Below are positions 1-14,488 of a stretch of 31,244 nt of DNA, in pieces. Source of the stretch: Tubiluchus corallicola. Its lineage: Eukaryota > Animalia > Priapulida. The stretch is taken from contig JAQGDQ010001642.1 of NCBI GenBank assembly GCA_030141605.1, positions 1 through 31,244 of the forward strand, read 5' to 3'. Position 1 is the first letter of the stretch. The number at the start of each line of letters is the position of its first letter. The translations under genes were made by a program, and so were the position numbers. The notes below the pieces were generated by a model. The model saw only the letters and a program-made list of their open reading frames with translations. It did no database searches and was not told where the DNA came from.

Positions 1-13
1 GTCTTCAAAGGCT

Positions 14-608
<595 letters not shown>

Positions 609-610
<2 letters not shown>

Positions 611-1025
611 TGATGATGACAAACTAAAATTATCATTAGACTCAAACGATTCTGAAATTCTCCAAATTGCTTGTAATTTTGTTTTAAAATGTTTCAGTTC
701 TAGGATGTAATTATAATAAAAAAAACGAACTATATATACAACAAACATCACTTATGTAAATTAAATACAATATGTGCATGAAACTACATTAAATTTGTGT
801 TTATGTACATTTATGTTGTATCATTGAGTTTATACATCAAAGTTTGATGTTCTGTCTTTAGCTTAAATTATTGACTTTGACTTGTAAAATTGTATTCTTA
901 GTATATGATTTTATAGCGTTATATGTGTATGTAATTATATCTTTGTAATCAGTGTCTGTATTATGTGAATTGTAATTGTAATTGTAGTTACCCAATAAAA
1001 TATGAAAAATATGAAATATGAAATA
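609..1025 (+). mobile_element. Possible 3' remnant of a non-LTR retrotransposon (CR1/L2-like ORF2 end plus 3' UTR)
   Basis: 609-710 reads DDDDKLKLSLDSNDSEILQIACNFVLKCFSSRM*, resembling invertebrate LINE ORF2 C-termini. It is followed by a TG/T-rich tract, AATAAA at ~994 and a short (ATATGAA)n tail to ~1025. Pattern recognition only. Confidence 0.4.
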
Positions 1026-1550
1026 TTATGTCTCACAGAATGTTCTGGATTGGCCGGAATTAAACAAACACGAAGGCGATATAATTTATTTGAAGAAGCT
1101 GATAGGTTCAGGAAACCCTTTGTGTCAGTTTTTAGCAGGAAATCATATTTTTTACTACCTAATTAAAAAAGTATCTTACAGAAGAAAACAGAAAAACATT
1201 TTCTGGGTTAAAAGGTGACTTTTTTATTAGACACTTAACTGAACACCACAAACGTGTTTTATAGAAAGTTCTTATAATTTACTTTTTCGTAATCTATGAT
1301 AGGCGGCATTATTAGACGACCTACTCGACCACGTGACTGTTGCAAAATCATAATCCTGTAGTGTTAAACAGAAACATATTAGAAAAATTCAAAATTGGTC
1401 AACCATCTTGCTGTTTTATCCATAGTTTATTACAGCAGTTTATTAAATCAACTTTTCGCTTTACAATAGAACTTACTGTGAAATGATTAACCAGCCAGCT
1501 TACTTTGTAAACGTATTATTATTATTACTGTTGTTATTAATATATTGGAT

Positions 1551-2280
1551 TTAGTTTAAACATAATTTACTATAGGATTGGATCAGACAGTTTCAACAAC
1601 ATGATTTAGGATCCTCACCACAACAGACTTTATGCACTATTTAGAAAAACATTTACAGTAAGAATAGACTATAACTACACAAGCTGACAAGTTTTACTAC
1701 AAGATTACATTAGACATTAGTAACATTTACAGTAAGAATTGACTATAACTACACAAGCTGACCAGTTTTACTACAAGATTACATTAGACATTAGTAACAT
1801 TTACAGTAAGAATTGACTATAATGTGTTTTTGTTTTGTTTGTTTTGTGTTGTTTGTGGTTTTTGTTTTGTTGTTTTGTGTTGTTTGTGGTTTTTGTTTTG
1901 TTGTTTTCAGTAAGAATTGACTATAACTACACAAGGGTTTTGTTTTGTTGTTTTGGTTGTTTGTGTTTTTGTTTTGTTGTAACATTTACAGTAAGAATTG
2001 ACTATAACTACACAAGCTGACAAGCACTACATAATTGATTGTTTCTTAAAGGAAAAATGATGATTTTTCATATCATACCACACTCTGAAGTGCATTGAAA
2101 AGCATAAATTTTAGCACCTGTAATAACACCAAAGAGTTTCTGATTATTAAATATGAGGTTAGTTTAAACATAATTTATTTAGGATTAGATCAGACAGTTT
2201 GTACAACATGATTTAAGATCTTCTCCACAACAGACTTTATACACTATTTACAAGAACATTTACAGTAAGAATAGACTATA
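1551..2280. repeat. Local duplication plus degenerate ~74-bp tandem repeat interrupted by GTT/TTTG runs
   Basis: 1551-1672 is re-found diverged at 2159-2280. The motif (aacattta)cagtaagaa(t/a)gactata recurs at ~1648, 1722, 1796, 1908, 1981 and 2256. Confidence 0.85.
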
Positions 2281-3573
2281 CTTAGTTTTAGTATACTTTA
2301 GTACCAAATACATTAGACATTAGTAAAAAATGACGGTTAATAAATATGAGATTAATAACTTACTTAAAAGAATTTTGTCCAACGAATGGCGACATCACAA
2401 CTGAACATAATTTTCAACAGCACAAACATTCCACGAGCGTATTGCACTTACTTAAACGAAAACAACGCTACCTGTACATAAAAAACTCGGCAAATTTCAC
2501 GAATGAGCACTCGAACGTGTGCACTACGTCACAAGTAAACACCTCGGAACCGAGAGACGATCAGCCTAAGGCCCATTTCACACTGAGGACACAAGAAAAG
2601 GCGACACACGGAATTACTGTCACAAAACTTTTGAAAATTTCCGGATTTTCTCGCAGCAAGAAGGTTCATTTCACGGTGAAGCTGAACATTTTTTCCACGC
2701 GTTCAGTTTGCTGCAGTTACTTTGCGAGTTTCATACGGTGTAAACATGGCGAAATTAAGTTATACTTACCGTATTTCTCACACACAAAGTGCATTTAACA
2801 ATGTTAGTTAATGTAAGATCAGACCTGTTTGCTTTCTTTTCCATTTTCACGAATGTAGACGTCGATGCCGCGTTAATAGAACATAAATCCGCTTTAAACC
2901 AAGCCTGGCTTCTTTGGTGGCCTTACAATATTATTTACATCGTATGCTTCGTTCATGCATGTGTAACCATGCGTTTAGTTAACCTTGCCTATAAAAAGGA
3001 AGTGTCACCGCTGACCGGTGACCCCCTATTAGCAGGTACCACAAAGGGTGGTCCCCCTTTTTCTTGTTTGTTATATAGGCCTGTATGAGAGATTATTTAA
3101 TGTGCTGTGAATTATGTGATTATTTTTGTTATAATTTGTAACGTAATGTAAAGTGTAACAGTTAAATTTGTTAATAAAGTGTATTATTAGTGTGGCCACA
3201 ATTTATACAAATCGTTCGTTATGTTTCTCTAATGACTATTTTTGACTGGATTATTTTCACAGCACAATTAATGCAAAATCACAGGTAAGAGCAAATCAAT
3301 CAATACCCACTAAGGTTTAAGCGTAATGCAACCCTTTCACTGCCACAAATTAAACATAAATTAGTGTTAACAGTGCACGATCAGGACAGGCTCTGCCTCT
3401 CTTTAATAAAGCTATTTGGCATCAAATTCAATTTTTTTTCGATAATAAAATCGTCAATCTGTTAAAATCGAATCTTAGAATTTTATGCTTAAATGTGTTA
3501 AATAAGAATGAAGTTACTGCCTAGTTAAATTTAAGACTGAATTCTTCGAGGATTGCTAACGAAAATGGAACGC

Positions 3574-4506
3574 GCAGTACTTCTGCGGGCAGTTTTACTC
3601 GCGAGGAGGATGCACAGCTTTCAGTTGGCCGCAGAATTGCTTGTGCAGTACTTCTGCGGGCAGTTTTACTCGCGAGGAGGATGCACAGCTTTTAGCTGGC
3701 CGCAGAATTGCTTGTGCAGTACTTCTGCGGGCAGTTTTACTCGCGAGGAGGATGCACAGCTTTTAGCTGGCCGCAGAATTGCTTGTGCAGTACTTCTGCG
3801 GGCAGTTTTACTCGCGAGGAGGATGCACAGCTTTCAGCTGGCCGCAGAATTGCTTGCGCAGTACTTCTGCGGGCAGTTTTACTCGCGAGGAGGATGCACA
3901 GCTTTCAGCTGGCTGCAGAATTGCTTGTGCAGTACTTCTGCCATGCAGCAATTTTACTCGCGAGGAGGATGCACAGCTTTCAGCTGGCCGCAGAATTGCT
4001 TGTGCAGTACTTCTGCGGGCAGTTTTACTCGCGAGGAGGATGCACAGCTTTCAGCTGGCTGCAGAATTGCTTGTGCAGTACTTCTGCCATGCAGCAATTT
4101 TACTCGCGAGGAGGATGCACAGCTTTCAGCTGGCCGCAGAATTGCTTGCGCAGTACTTCTGCCATGCGGCAGTTTTACTCGCGAGGAGGATGCACAGCTT
4201 TCAGCTGGCCGCAGAATTGCTTGCGCAGTACTTCTGCGGGCAGTTTTACTCGCGAGGAGGATGCACAGCTTTCAGCTGGCCGCAGAATTGCTTGCGCAGT
4301 ACTTCTGCGGGCAGTTTTACTCGCGAGGAGGATGCACAGCTTTCAGCTGGCCACAGAATTGCTTGCGCAGTACTTCTGCCATGCGGCAGTTTTACTCGCG
4401 AGGAGGATGCACAGCTTTCAGCTGGCCACAGAATTGCTTGCGCAGTACTTCTGCCATGCATGCACAGCTTTCAGCTGGCCACAGAATTGCTTGCGCAGTA
4501 CTTCTG
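3574..4506. repeat. GC-rich minisatellite, 71-bp unit with 75-bp variants, ~13 copies
   Basis: Unit gcagtacttctgcgggcagttttactcgcgaggaggatgcacagctttcagctggccgcagaattgcttg(t/c). The variant replaces gggcag with catgc(a/g)gca(a/g). No unique spacers. Confidence 0.97.
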
Positions 4507-5255
4507 TAATATCTTTGACTATCATCAGCAGGGAACCTTCAGAGAAAAAGCTCTTAATGGAGCAACGCTGGCTTCTTTACTTCTTAATCATTGAGGCGCG
4601 GTTCCGCAGGGCATAAGCTTACTTAGCAGTCAATTTACGTTTGTGGTAATAATATGAAGTACATAGCTGATTAAAGAGGCGCTTAGCGAACATCATCGCC
4701 ATTTTAATAGAGTCATCTGTATGCAGTAGCTATGGCCTATTAGTGAAAGAGGAAAAAACAGGTCTGGCTTCACCTTGACCTGCACTATTAATTATACTTT
4801 GTATGTGAGAAACATATTATATATTACGCTATATATTATTTATTACATATAAGTTACTAAGCTGTGACCCAAAGTTTAAGGGCGTCGTAACACACTGCAG
4901 ACAGTTACTGAGCGCAGCTTCTATATAACTGCCACATAACGAACAGGTGCAAGGTATTACACAACAAGCAGTTGCACAGCCTGTTTGAACGTGAGCGCTA
5001 TGCAAATACATGTAATTAACAACGACCACGTAGAAACTATGTTAATAGCGTTTCTAACACACCACAAGTAATTGTTTAATATGCCCATTACATAAACAAC
5101 CATAATAGAGATGGACGAGACGGAACTATCAGCCTGGGGATTCGTAAAGCCTGAACGGCCCTGAACGGGCAGATTGTAATCTAGAAACTTGGAACAAGCT
5201 AAACTAGAGCTTTAATTAATACTTCTTCTTTTTTTAAAATTCACTGGTTATGAGT

Positions 5256-5445
5256 ATACGACGAAACACGACTAAATACGACGAAACACGACGAAATACG
5301 ATGAAATACGACGAAATACGATGAAATACGACTAAATACGACGAAATACGACGAAATACGACTAAATACGATGAAATACGACGAAATACGACTAAATACG
5401 ACGAAATACGATGAAATACGACGAAATACGACGAAATACGATGAA
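5256..5445. repeat. 10-bp minisatellite (ACGAAATACG)n, ~19 copies
   Basis: Directly visible; variants actaaatacg and atgaaatacg. Confidence 0.97.
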
Positions 5446-5830
5446 GACTTTCGGAAGATTACGTTTTGCAAATCAAAATTGAAATAATGAAAGTCCAAAA
5501 GAGAAAATTGATTGACGTAATTTATTGATCCCGTGATTTATCTTCCTTGTTCTATTGGCATTTTACGTAAAATGACAGTATGCCATTTGTCCAGACATAA
5601 AAGATTATGAATATTGAAAGTGAACTTGAATGAAACTACAGTAAAATCAAACTTTACTAGATGTCAGTAAGGAAATGGCTTCTTCCGAGCAATAACATCG
5701 TCTTGAAGAAATAAGACCAATGTTAAAGAAAGGATTTTTGGCGATTAAGCAGCAAAGGCAGTCATCTACAGCAAGCTTTAGTCTAACGTCAACAAAGAAG
5801 TTTTGGAAAAGTGTGTGATTGTGTATGTGC

Positions 5831-6730
<900 letters not shown>

Positions 6731-7083
6731 AGGACAAGAACGTCAGGGCCAAGAACGTGACTTTGAAGAGCTCGTAACTTGACGTTTAATCGTCTACAAT
6801 CAGTTTGTCAGAATACTGAAATATTGTTGACAACTTTTCCTTTAATTAGGCTTACGTTCTAAGTTTGGCTAATTAACTAAAAATGATAATTAGTTTAACA
6901 CAATCAAACACATATTACTTTCTGAAACTGCGTAAGGATGAAAATGTAAAAAAAAAGAAGCCTACTCTCAGATTTGAACCGGGGACCCATCAGTTATTGG
7001 TTCAATTCAGAAACTAAACATTCCGGTGGTGGAGACAGGCTTTGCCATAACCTTGATAGCTTGCAAATGTTTGCAACATTTAA

Positions 7084-7540
7084 CCCTTTCATACCCGTTG
7101 TATCCCGTGGGATGCGAGAATATTTTCTGCCTTTAAAATTAACAAAATTTTAAAACTGACAGTTATTTGATCTGTTAATAGTTATTTTGATTTAAGCCAA
7201 TAACAATAGAGTAAAAATAGTGATAAAATGGCAAACTAAAAAATCTACATAGCATAAAAAACTGCGCAAGGTACAGTACTTTAGAGATGACTTTGTACAG
7301 ATCAGCATAGCGTGCATACTAAATGTCTTAAATACTTTAAAAAATTAGCAGCATTTGCTTTTTATCATGTTTAGCAACCATTGAATCCCAATGTATCCCG
7401 TGGGATGCAGGCTATATTTAGCACACGGGCAAAGGTAGAAAAAATAATTAATATGTGTAAACAAGATGGACATACTGAAGAAAAGTACCAAGCCAAAAAA
7501 AATTTTTCTTTTTAAAAAAAATAATTTGGGACTGAAAGGG
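7084..7540. mobile_element. piggyBac-type non-autonomous MITE, copy 1
   Basis: TTAA at 7080-7083 and 7541-7544. Termini ccctttcataccc / gggactgaaaggg form an 11/13 TIR with CCC...GGG ends. A second copy lies at 11168-11626. Confidence 0.88.
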
Positions 7541-7931
7541 TTAAAACAACAGCTTAGAAACTTTAGTAAACTATTAGAACTGAACTATACGACAGAGCAA
7601 AAAACAGACATAGCAGGAAAAGGGGAAGGCAATGCATTTTGCAGAGGACATGATTAATGGCTTCATTGGCTTCTAGATTTGCTTCCTCTTTCCTCGTGGA
7701 AACAGATCATTTGTTCCTCTCACTTCTCTGGTTCATGGCGACTGCTCGTACATTCACGGTTGTCTGATTTCTGAAGAAAGAGAGACAGAAAATGTAAATT
7801 TCTCAACTGTAGACATTAAACTCACGCTGAAATAAATCTTGATGCTATAACAATGAAAAGAATATTGAAAATGTTGGTTTTTTACAACTTACATTCATGG
7901 TTGCTAGTTTTTACTAGGAAATTTTCGTCTC

Positions 7932-8490
7932 TGCTGTTGTTGTTGTTGTTGTTGTTCTTGTTGTTGTTGTTGCTGTTCTTGTTGTTGTTGTTGTTGTTGT
8001 TGTTGTTCTTGCTGCTGTTGTTGTTTTGTTGTTGTTGTTGTTGCTGTTCTTGCTGCTGTTGTTGTTTTGTTGTTGTTGTTGTTGTTCTTGTTGTTGTTGC
8101 TGTTGTTGTTTTGTTGTTGTTCTTGTTGTTCTTGTTGTTGTTCTTGTTGTTGTTGCTGTTCTTGCTGCTGTTGTTGTTTTATTGTTGTTTTTGTTGTTGT
8201 TTGTGGTGGTGGTGGTGCTGGTATTGATGGTGGTGGTGATGGTGGTGGTGGTGCAGGTGGTGGTGTTGGTGATGATGGTGCTGGTGCTGGTGGTGGTGAT
8301 GGTGGTGCTGGTGCTGGTGGTGGTGGTAGTGGTGGTGGTGGTGATGGTGCAGTCATCTGCACCATCAGCATTTTATTCGTTTTTGGTGCTGCTGCTGCTG
8401 TTGTCGTTGTTGTTTTGTTGTTGTTGCTGTCCGTGCTGTTGTTGTTGTTACTGTCGCCGCCGTCGCCGTCGTCGTTGTTGATGTTGTTAT
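7932..8490. repeat. Compound trinucleotide microsatellite (GTT/GCT)-(GGT)-(GTT/GTC)
   Basis: Directly visible; lies just upstream of the GPCR TM6 exon and explains four overlapping low-complexity ORFs. Confidence 0.95.
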
Positions 8491-8583
8491 CATTCTGACT
8501 TTGCTGTGATTTCAACTATGTCTTACAAAACTTTTGCATTGTTTGTTTATCGAAGTTTTAAATCTGTGCTTCATTTTTTACAG

Positions 8584-8676
8584 ATTGTGAAGATGCTGGT
8601 CACGATCTTGTTCTCATTTGCAATCTGCTGGCTACCTTTACACGTTTTCATCTTGGTTATTGATTTTAATCAACAG
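8584..8676 (+). CDS. Class A (rhodopsin-like) neuropeptide GPCR, TM6 exon
   Basis: Acceptor tttttacag, donor CAG|gtaaga; 93 nt, phase 0/0. Translates IVKMLVTILFSFAICWLPLHVFILVIDFNQQ with the KML and CWLP (CWxP) TM6 motifs. Confidence 0.92.
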
Positions 8677-8982
8677 GTAAGAGCAACTTCGTCACCACCA
8701 TAACACCTTTTCACACTTTGTTACTAACGGTTTTCCGTCTTCCGTCTCACGTTCACACCTGCACCGTTATTTTTCTTACTGTTATGTTTACTTCTTCTAC
8801 TTTTCTACTTTTTTCAACCAATTTTCCTTCCCCATCTGACAACAAACTGGGTTCAAACCCAGACGTACTTATTCTGTTTCACACTCACATTGTATGCCCT
8901 TTTCCGTAAAACCGTTCACATTTCAGGATGTAAGCTGAGTGACTTTGTTTAAAGTGGATTACATGATTAAAGTATTGAGGAA

Positions 8983-9271
<289 letters not shown>

Positions 9272-10540
9272 AACTGTTTTACGAGTTACTGTCAATAAGA
9301 AATTGCAAACTCTCCAGGCTGCGAGTTGATTTACTGTCTAGTGTGAACGCAACGGCGAGTAACTCAAAACTCAGTTGGGTGTCAGCTCGTGCTTATTGCT
9401 GCGGAGTAACTTGGTGTTGGTTTTGCTGTCTAAACTTGCGAGTTACTTGGCGAGTTAACTCGGCGCGAAAGTCTGATAACGCTGTAACACGTAGACTTCT
9501 GAGACGCCTCTTGCGGTGCAGTGGGTCACGTAGACGCGTCAAAAATGTTGAAATAATTACTTTTTTCATGCAAGAATCCCAGCGGGTTTCATAGCTAAGC
9601 TTTTTGCAGAAAGTTTAAAACCACATCAAACATTACCTTAAATTAACCTGATGAAAAAGTTGTACAATGTCACGTAGACGCAAAGTTAATGAAATGTTGG
9701 CGCTCCAGGAGGGCAAACTGGAGAGAGACATTGTGTCTAATTAAAAGATGCTGCGTTGCAACAGGAACATTGTTAACAGCGCCGCCTGTGGTTGGGGAAC
9801 AAAATTTAACGATTTACACTGTATGCTAATTATGTAGTTCGATATATATATATATATATGTACAATCATTACAGTTGCAATTACAAAAACAGTTCTGCAC
9901 ATACAATTGAAATTTAGATAGAACAGTTCATAGCAGATTTAATTGAAATTATTCTTAGTACCATTATTAATTAATTACACTAGTTTATTCTATATCTAAT
10001 GCTAATTTTGATTACATATTAGTCTATTTCTAATCAAGTGACTTACAATTTCTAGATATTTTTTAAAACATTTTTGTCACGTTGTCTGTATGTATTTCTT
10101 ATACTTCTATTATCAGTTGCATTTTCCTACGCTGCCCTGTGTTCATCTAATACCAGTTGGCAATCAGGAATTAAATGTTGTGGTGTTTGGATGCTGCTAC
10201 GTTGACCTCTGTCATCTTCAACAAGTCCAAATCTGTGCTGAACAGCTTTCAAACTTTTATTTAACAATAACGAAATGAAATGTTTAATGAATATGCACTA
10301 GTTTCTGTTAATCTATTAATTTTCCCAGGGGCAAAGCAAAGATATACGTTTGGGGGAGGGAGGTTTACTCCCTTGTGTATTTGCAGAGATTTGTTTCACT
10401 GTGAAATTGTCGTACTTATCAACAGTAAAACGTTAGTAAGTAACTAACCAAATGCTTTGCATTCCGAACTACGTACTTATTCAACTTTTTATGTCCCGAG
10501 GCCGAAGTCCTTATACCAGGGGAGGCCAAAAGGTCACAAC

Positions 10541-10635
10541 TACTTGATTTGATGATTGTACGATGCACAAATCCAGGCGCATGTACTTGATTTGATGACT
10601 GTACGATGCACAAATCCAGGCGCATGTACTTGATT
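10541..10635. repeat. 43-bp tandem duplication (2.2 copies)
   Basis: tacttgatttgatga(t/c)tgtacgatgcacaaatccaggcgcatg at 10541 and 10584, partial third copy at 10627. Confidence 0.9.
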
Positions 10636-10659
10636 GATTATTGGCCATGTTTTTTACAG

Positions 10660-10779
10660 GTATCAGTGTCTTGGAGTCAGGAGGCATTCACTCTGATGTT
10701 CTGCGCATGTCACTGGCTCGCCATGTCAAATAGCTTTGTGAATCCGATCATTTATTCATTTATGAACAAAAACTTTCGG
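10660..10779 (+). CDS. Class A neuropeptide GPCR, TM7 exon (tachykinin/luqin-RYamide/leucokinin-receptor-like)
   Basis: Acceptor ttttttacag, donor CGG|gtgagt; 120 nt, phase 0/0. Translates VSVSWSQEAFTLMFCACHWLAMSNSFVNPIIYSFMNKNFR with HWLAMS, NPxxY and the helix-8 FR. Confidence 0.93.
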
Positions 10780-11167
10780 GTGAGTGAAAGAAGCCACATT
10801 CACAATTAGACAGTGCGTGATGAAAGATCTATCATCATCATTTGCTGTATTTTGACCAACATAAAACAGAATTTTAGTTAAACACAAAATTAATTTAGTC
10901 ACCTAAAGTTTAAACACGAATTTACGGATTTAATAATTTTCAATAAATATCAAACTTAACTTATAAAATCCTGGAATCAGTGCATAAATATGACTTCGTT
11001 GTAGAATTATATTTGTATCCATGTATCCAAGTTGATACATGATGGAACATGAAAGAGGTGGTAATCTAATGAGAAAATCCCCAACAGAGAAAGAGAAACC
11101 TGACATTGTACAAGTAATCACAGATCAAAGTTACATTGAACCTTTTGTCAGATTGTTGCGACTTTAA

Positions 11168-11626
11168 CCCTTTCATACCCGTTGTATCCCCGTGGGATAC
11201 GAGAATATTTTCTGCCTTTAAAATTAATAAAATTTTAAAACTGACAGTTATTTGATCTGTTAATAGTTATTTTGATTTAAGCCAATAACAATAGACTAAA
11301 AATGGTGATAAAATGGCAAACTAGAAAATCTACATAGCATAAAAAACTGCGCAAGGTACAGTACTTTAGAGACGACTTTGTACAGATCAGCATAGCATGC
11401 ATACTGAATGTCTTAAATACTTTAAAAAATTATCAGCAGTTGCAAAATGAAGCACATTTTATGCTTCCATTGAATCAAAATGTATCCCGTGGGATACAGG
11501 CTATATCTAGCACGCGGGCACAAGTAGAAAAAAAAATTATTATGTGTAAACAAGATGGACATACTGAACAAAAGTACCAAGCCAAAAAATTTTCCTTATT
11601 AAAAAAATAATTTGGGACTGAAAGGG
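11168..11626. mobile_element. piggyBac-type non-autonomous MITE, copy 2
   Basis: TTAA at 11164-11167 and 11627-11630; same TIRs and collinear internal sequence as 7084-7540, in the same orientation. Confidence 0.88.
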
Positions 11627-12048
11627 TTAAAGTGATTTTATTAATTACACGAGGCGGTACGCTTTTAATACCTTCTAACATTCTTCTAAAATTTTTCGAG
11701 AACAATGAAATAATCCTAACTTCTCAGAACGGTTGACTTTTCCTTTAAGTGCAATTAATTTGGCAGTTGTCTTTGGAACTAAATCAGTGTTGGCTGGCAA
11801 AATTTACCAAGAACGCCTCGTGGCTTGAACTGAGAATCAGATATTAGAAAATAATAGAAATTATTGTTTATGAAAACCAATGTAAAAATTTCTCCTAGAA
11901 ATGCGATAACCAAAGAGGTTATGCTTGGTGCGGTAAAGGAAAGCTGTGTTAAATAATGATTTTGATTAAATTATTCAATTAATAATTCAAGATTAAATGC
12001 TTGATGATGCAAGATTAAACTATCGTCGTGGATAGAAGCCTAGTTAGG

Positions 12049-12331
12049 TGTGGCATCACGTGACCAGCTGATGTTCGACCGGCTGACTCAGAAGTAAAGA
12101 TTGATGATGTATATCCTTATGCGCAGAAGTTCACGGCGCATTAGGTAGTTAGACAAAAGTGTTTTGAGGCCCGCACCTCGGGGGAGATTAGGAACTGACT
12201 TGAAGACGGAGGGCTGGTATTACGATCCTCTTATATTTACCGTGTTGCGTTTGATGTTTAATAAATGTGTAGTTTATTAAATAAAGACTTGATAGTTTGC
12301 CATGCCCATCGTGGCTCCCTCACACGCCACG
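12049..12331 (+). mobile_element. Possible solo LTR fragment
   Basis: Begins TGTGGC and ends GCCAC(G); two AATAAA at ~12260 and ~12280 in an LTR-like position. No matching TSD found. Confidence 0.25.
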
Positions 12332-13732
12332 TTTTAAACAACAATAATCAGCAAGCAGCTTTAACCACAAGAATAAATAAACTTTAATCAATTGTTTTAC
12401 TGGCTGTGAGCACATCTTTAGGTTGTACTGAAGTATATCGCAAAGTAGCGGCCGACCAGCAAGTGGCACATGGCATTTGTATGTAGTTTATACTAGAGAG
12501 AAAAGAAATGTGTGATACATGTGAAACAGGAAAAGTAGTCAGGTCAGTAAGAATACGGTAGCGATAAATAAAAGTTTTGGAATAAGAAGGTCATGGGAAT
12601 AGATTCATACATTATAGTTTTAGTTATTTGGTAGGTGATTGTTTTTATGGTTATTGTTAGTTTTCTATTTTTACAAGGATTTCTTTGCTGAATACTTCTG
12701 CATGTAGCTCTTTAACGGAATTGGTGCTGACAAGCCACTGGCGTAGCAGTGTCTAGTTTTTTTGCTGGATTACTGCTGCGTTTACCTGTCTGAAGGCAGA
12801 TTTCTTTTATTTTAGAATTCTGCCTGCCCAATGTCTACAATAGACGTGACGGGCGTATGACGATGATGATGATGATGATCTTAATTAATGTAATTGTGTA
12901 CACTAATTATGTTACATCAGGTATTGCAGAATTGCTGTCTCTAAGATGTATGGCTATAATTTTGAGCCTCATACACCCGTTAGAACAAGGCATCTTTTGT
13001 AAAGATTTACTTGTGCTTATACAGGTATCGAATATCGTTTACTTACGAAATTATTCAGCAACATTTGCGCAGCTAGGGACTAAAAAACGGGCTTCAAACA
13101 AGGGCCCGCATCTTAAATAAAGGGCCCCAAACAACAGCCTATTGTCTCAAATAAAGGGCCTCAGACACGGATCTTTTATGTGAAACGAGGAGCCACTTTT
13201 GATTGGATTTTCAGACCTCCTTGCCTCCTTTTTGAAAGTTGAAATTTTATTTTATGTTACATGAATTATGGAGCAATGCAAATGGGGCACCCAATGGGCC
13301 CTGGCTACGAGCCTATACTAGCCTATAGGGCAATCCAGCCCTGTACATATGATGTACAATATTACAGTAAACGCTACACCGTAACACTGAAACACCCACG
13401 CATACATGATTGCACGCATACATGATTGTATACGTACATTTGTATGTGCTTATTAGAAATGAATTTACGTTATGGAGATGCAGTGGACAGGGGCGTATCA
13501 AGTCTTCACGACACCCTAGGCTGATAGATCTGTCCCGCCCATCTCTATCATGAATTTAAGATTGATTATGTACTGAGCTGATTGAGCAATTACTTGTGGT
13601 GTATTAGTGATACTATTAACCTAGTTTCTAAATGGTCATTGTAATTACGTGTATATGATCAGCGCTGGGGGGGGGGGGGGGCTTGGCAACTGCTTCTTGT
13701 GTTATACCTTGTACTTGTTCGTTAGATGGTAT

Positions 13733-14488
13733 TTATATAGGTTTTACATGTCAAATGTAGACCTGCGTTAACTCAAATGTAGATTTAGGTAATTCAAATG
13801 TGTCTTGGTAACTCAAATGTAGACTTAGGTACTTCAAATGTGTTAACAATGGATTTCAAGAAATTTTTAGCGTTTTTGGTAAGTCAAATGTCCTATTTCT
13901 ACATTTGGCTTACCTAAGTCACATTTGAGTTACCAAAACACATTCGAAATACCTATGTCTACATTTGACTTACCTAAGTCACATATGAGTTACCAAAACA
14001 CATTCGAAATTCCTATGTCTACATTTGACTTACCTAAGTCACATTTGAGTTACCAAAACACATTCGAAATTCCTATGTCTAAATTTGACTTACCTAAGTC
14101 ACATTTGAGTTACCAAAACACATTCGAAATTCCTATGTCTACATTTGACTTACCTAAGTCACATATGAGTTACCAAAACATATTCGAAATTCCTATGTCT
14201 ACATTTGACTTACCTAAGTCACATTTGAGTTACCAAAACACATTCGAAATTCCTATGTCTACATTTGACTTACCTAAGTCACATATGAGTTACCAAAACA
14301 CATTCGAAATTCCTATGTCTAGATTTGACTTACCTAAGTCACATTTGAGTTACCAAAACACATACGAAATTCCTGTGTCTACATTTGAGTTACCAAAACA
14401 CATACGAAATTCCTGTGTCTACATCTGGCTTACCTAAGTCACATTTGAACTTTCCCGTGTCTGCATTTGACGTGTAAAACCTATATAA
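13733..14488. mobile_element. Foldback/MITE-like element with ~30-bp TIRs and an internal 60-bp tandem array
   Basis: Left end ttatataggttttacatgtcaaatgtagac is the reverse complement of right end gtctgcatttgacgtgtaaaacctatataa (2 mismatches). The left arm carries inverted copies of the internal subrepeat. Confidence 0.85.
13901..14450. repeat. 60-bp tandem repeat (~9 units) built from three diverged 20-mers
   Basis: acatttgagttaccaaaaca / cattcgaaattcctatgtct / acatttgacttacctaagtc repeating in exact 60-bp register. Confidence 0.96.

Noticed and set aside
2568-2752. Harbinger-like terminus taaggcccatttcacact
   Set aside because: No convincing matching right TIR or TSD.
3263-3284. Possible 22-nt GPCR microexon (ttttcacag|...CAG|gtaaga; TINAKSQ before IVKML)
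   Set aside because: The splice signals look good, but the peptide is too short to verify and lacks the usual basic ICL3 end; needs RNA-seq.
3553-4616. Three long overlapping ORFs and a CRISPR-like regular repeat
   Set aside because: Contiguous 71/75-bp tandem units with no unique spacers and no cas genes, in a eukaryotic context; the ORFs are repeat artefacts.
6949-7000. Minus-strand tRNA-like B box (GGTTCAAATC) followed by a T run
   Set aside because: No A box, D arm or acceptor stem; at most a SINE/tRNA remnant.
13060-13315. gggccc-rich segment ending ggctacgagcct, resembling a MITE right end
   Set aside because: Left terminus and TSD could not be located.
13925-14437. 170-aa ORF of 20-aa repeats
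   Set aside because: Arises from the 60-bp array inside a TIR element; it has a TTG start, and the same subrepeats occur inverted in the left arm.
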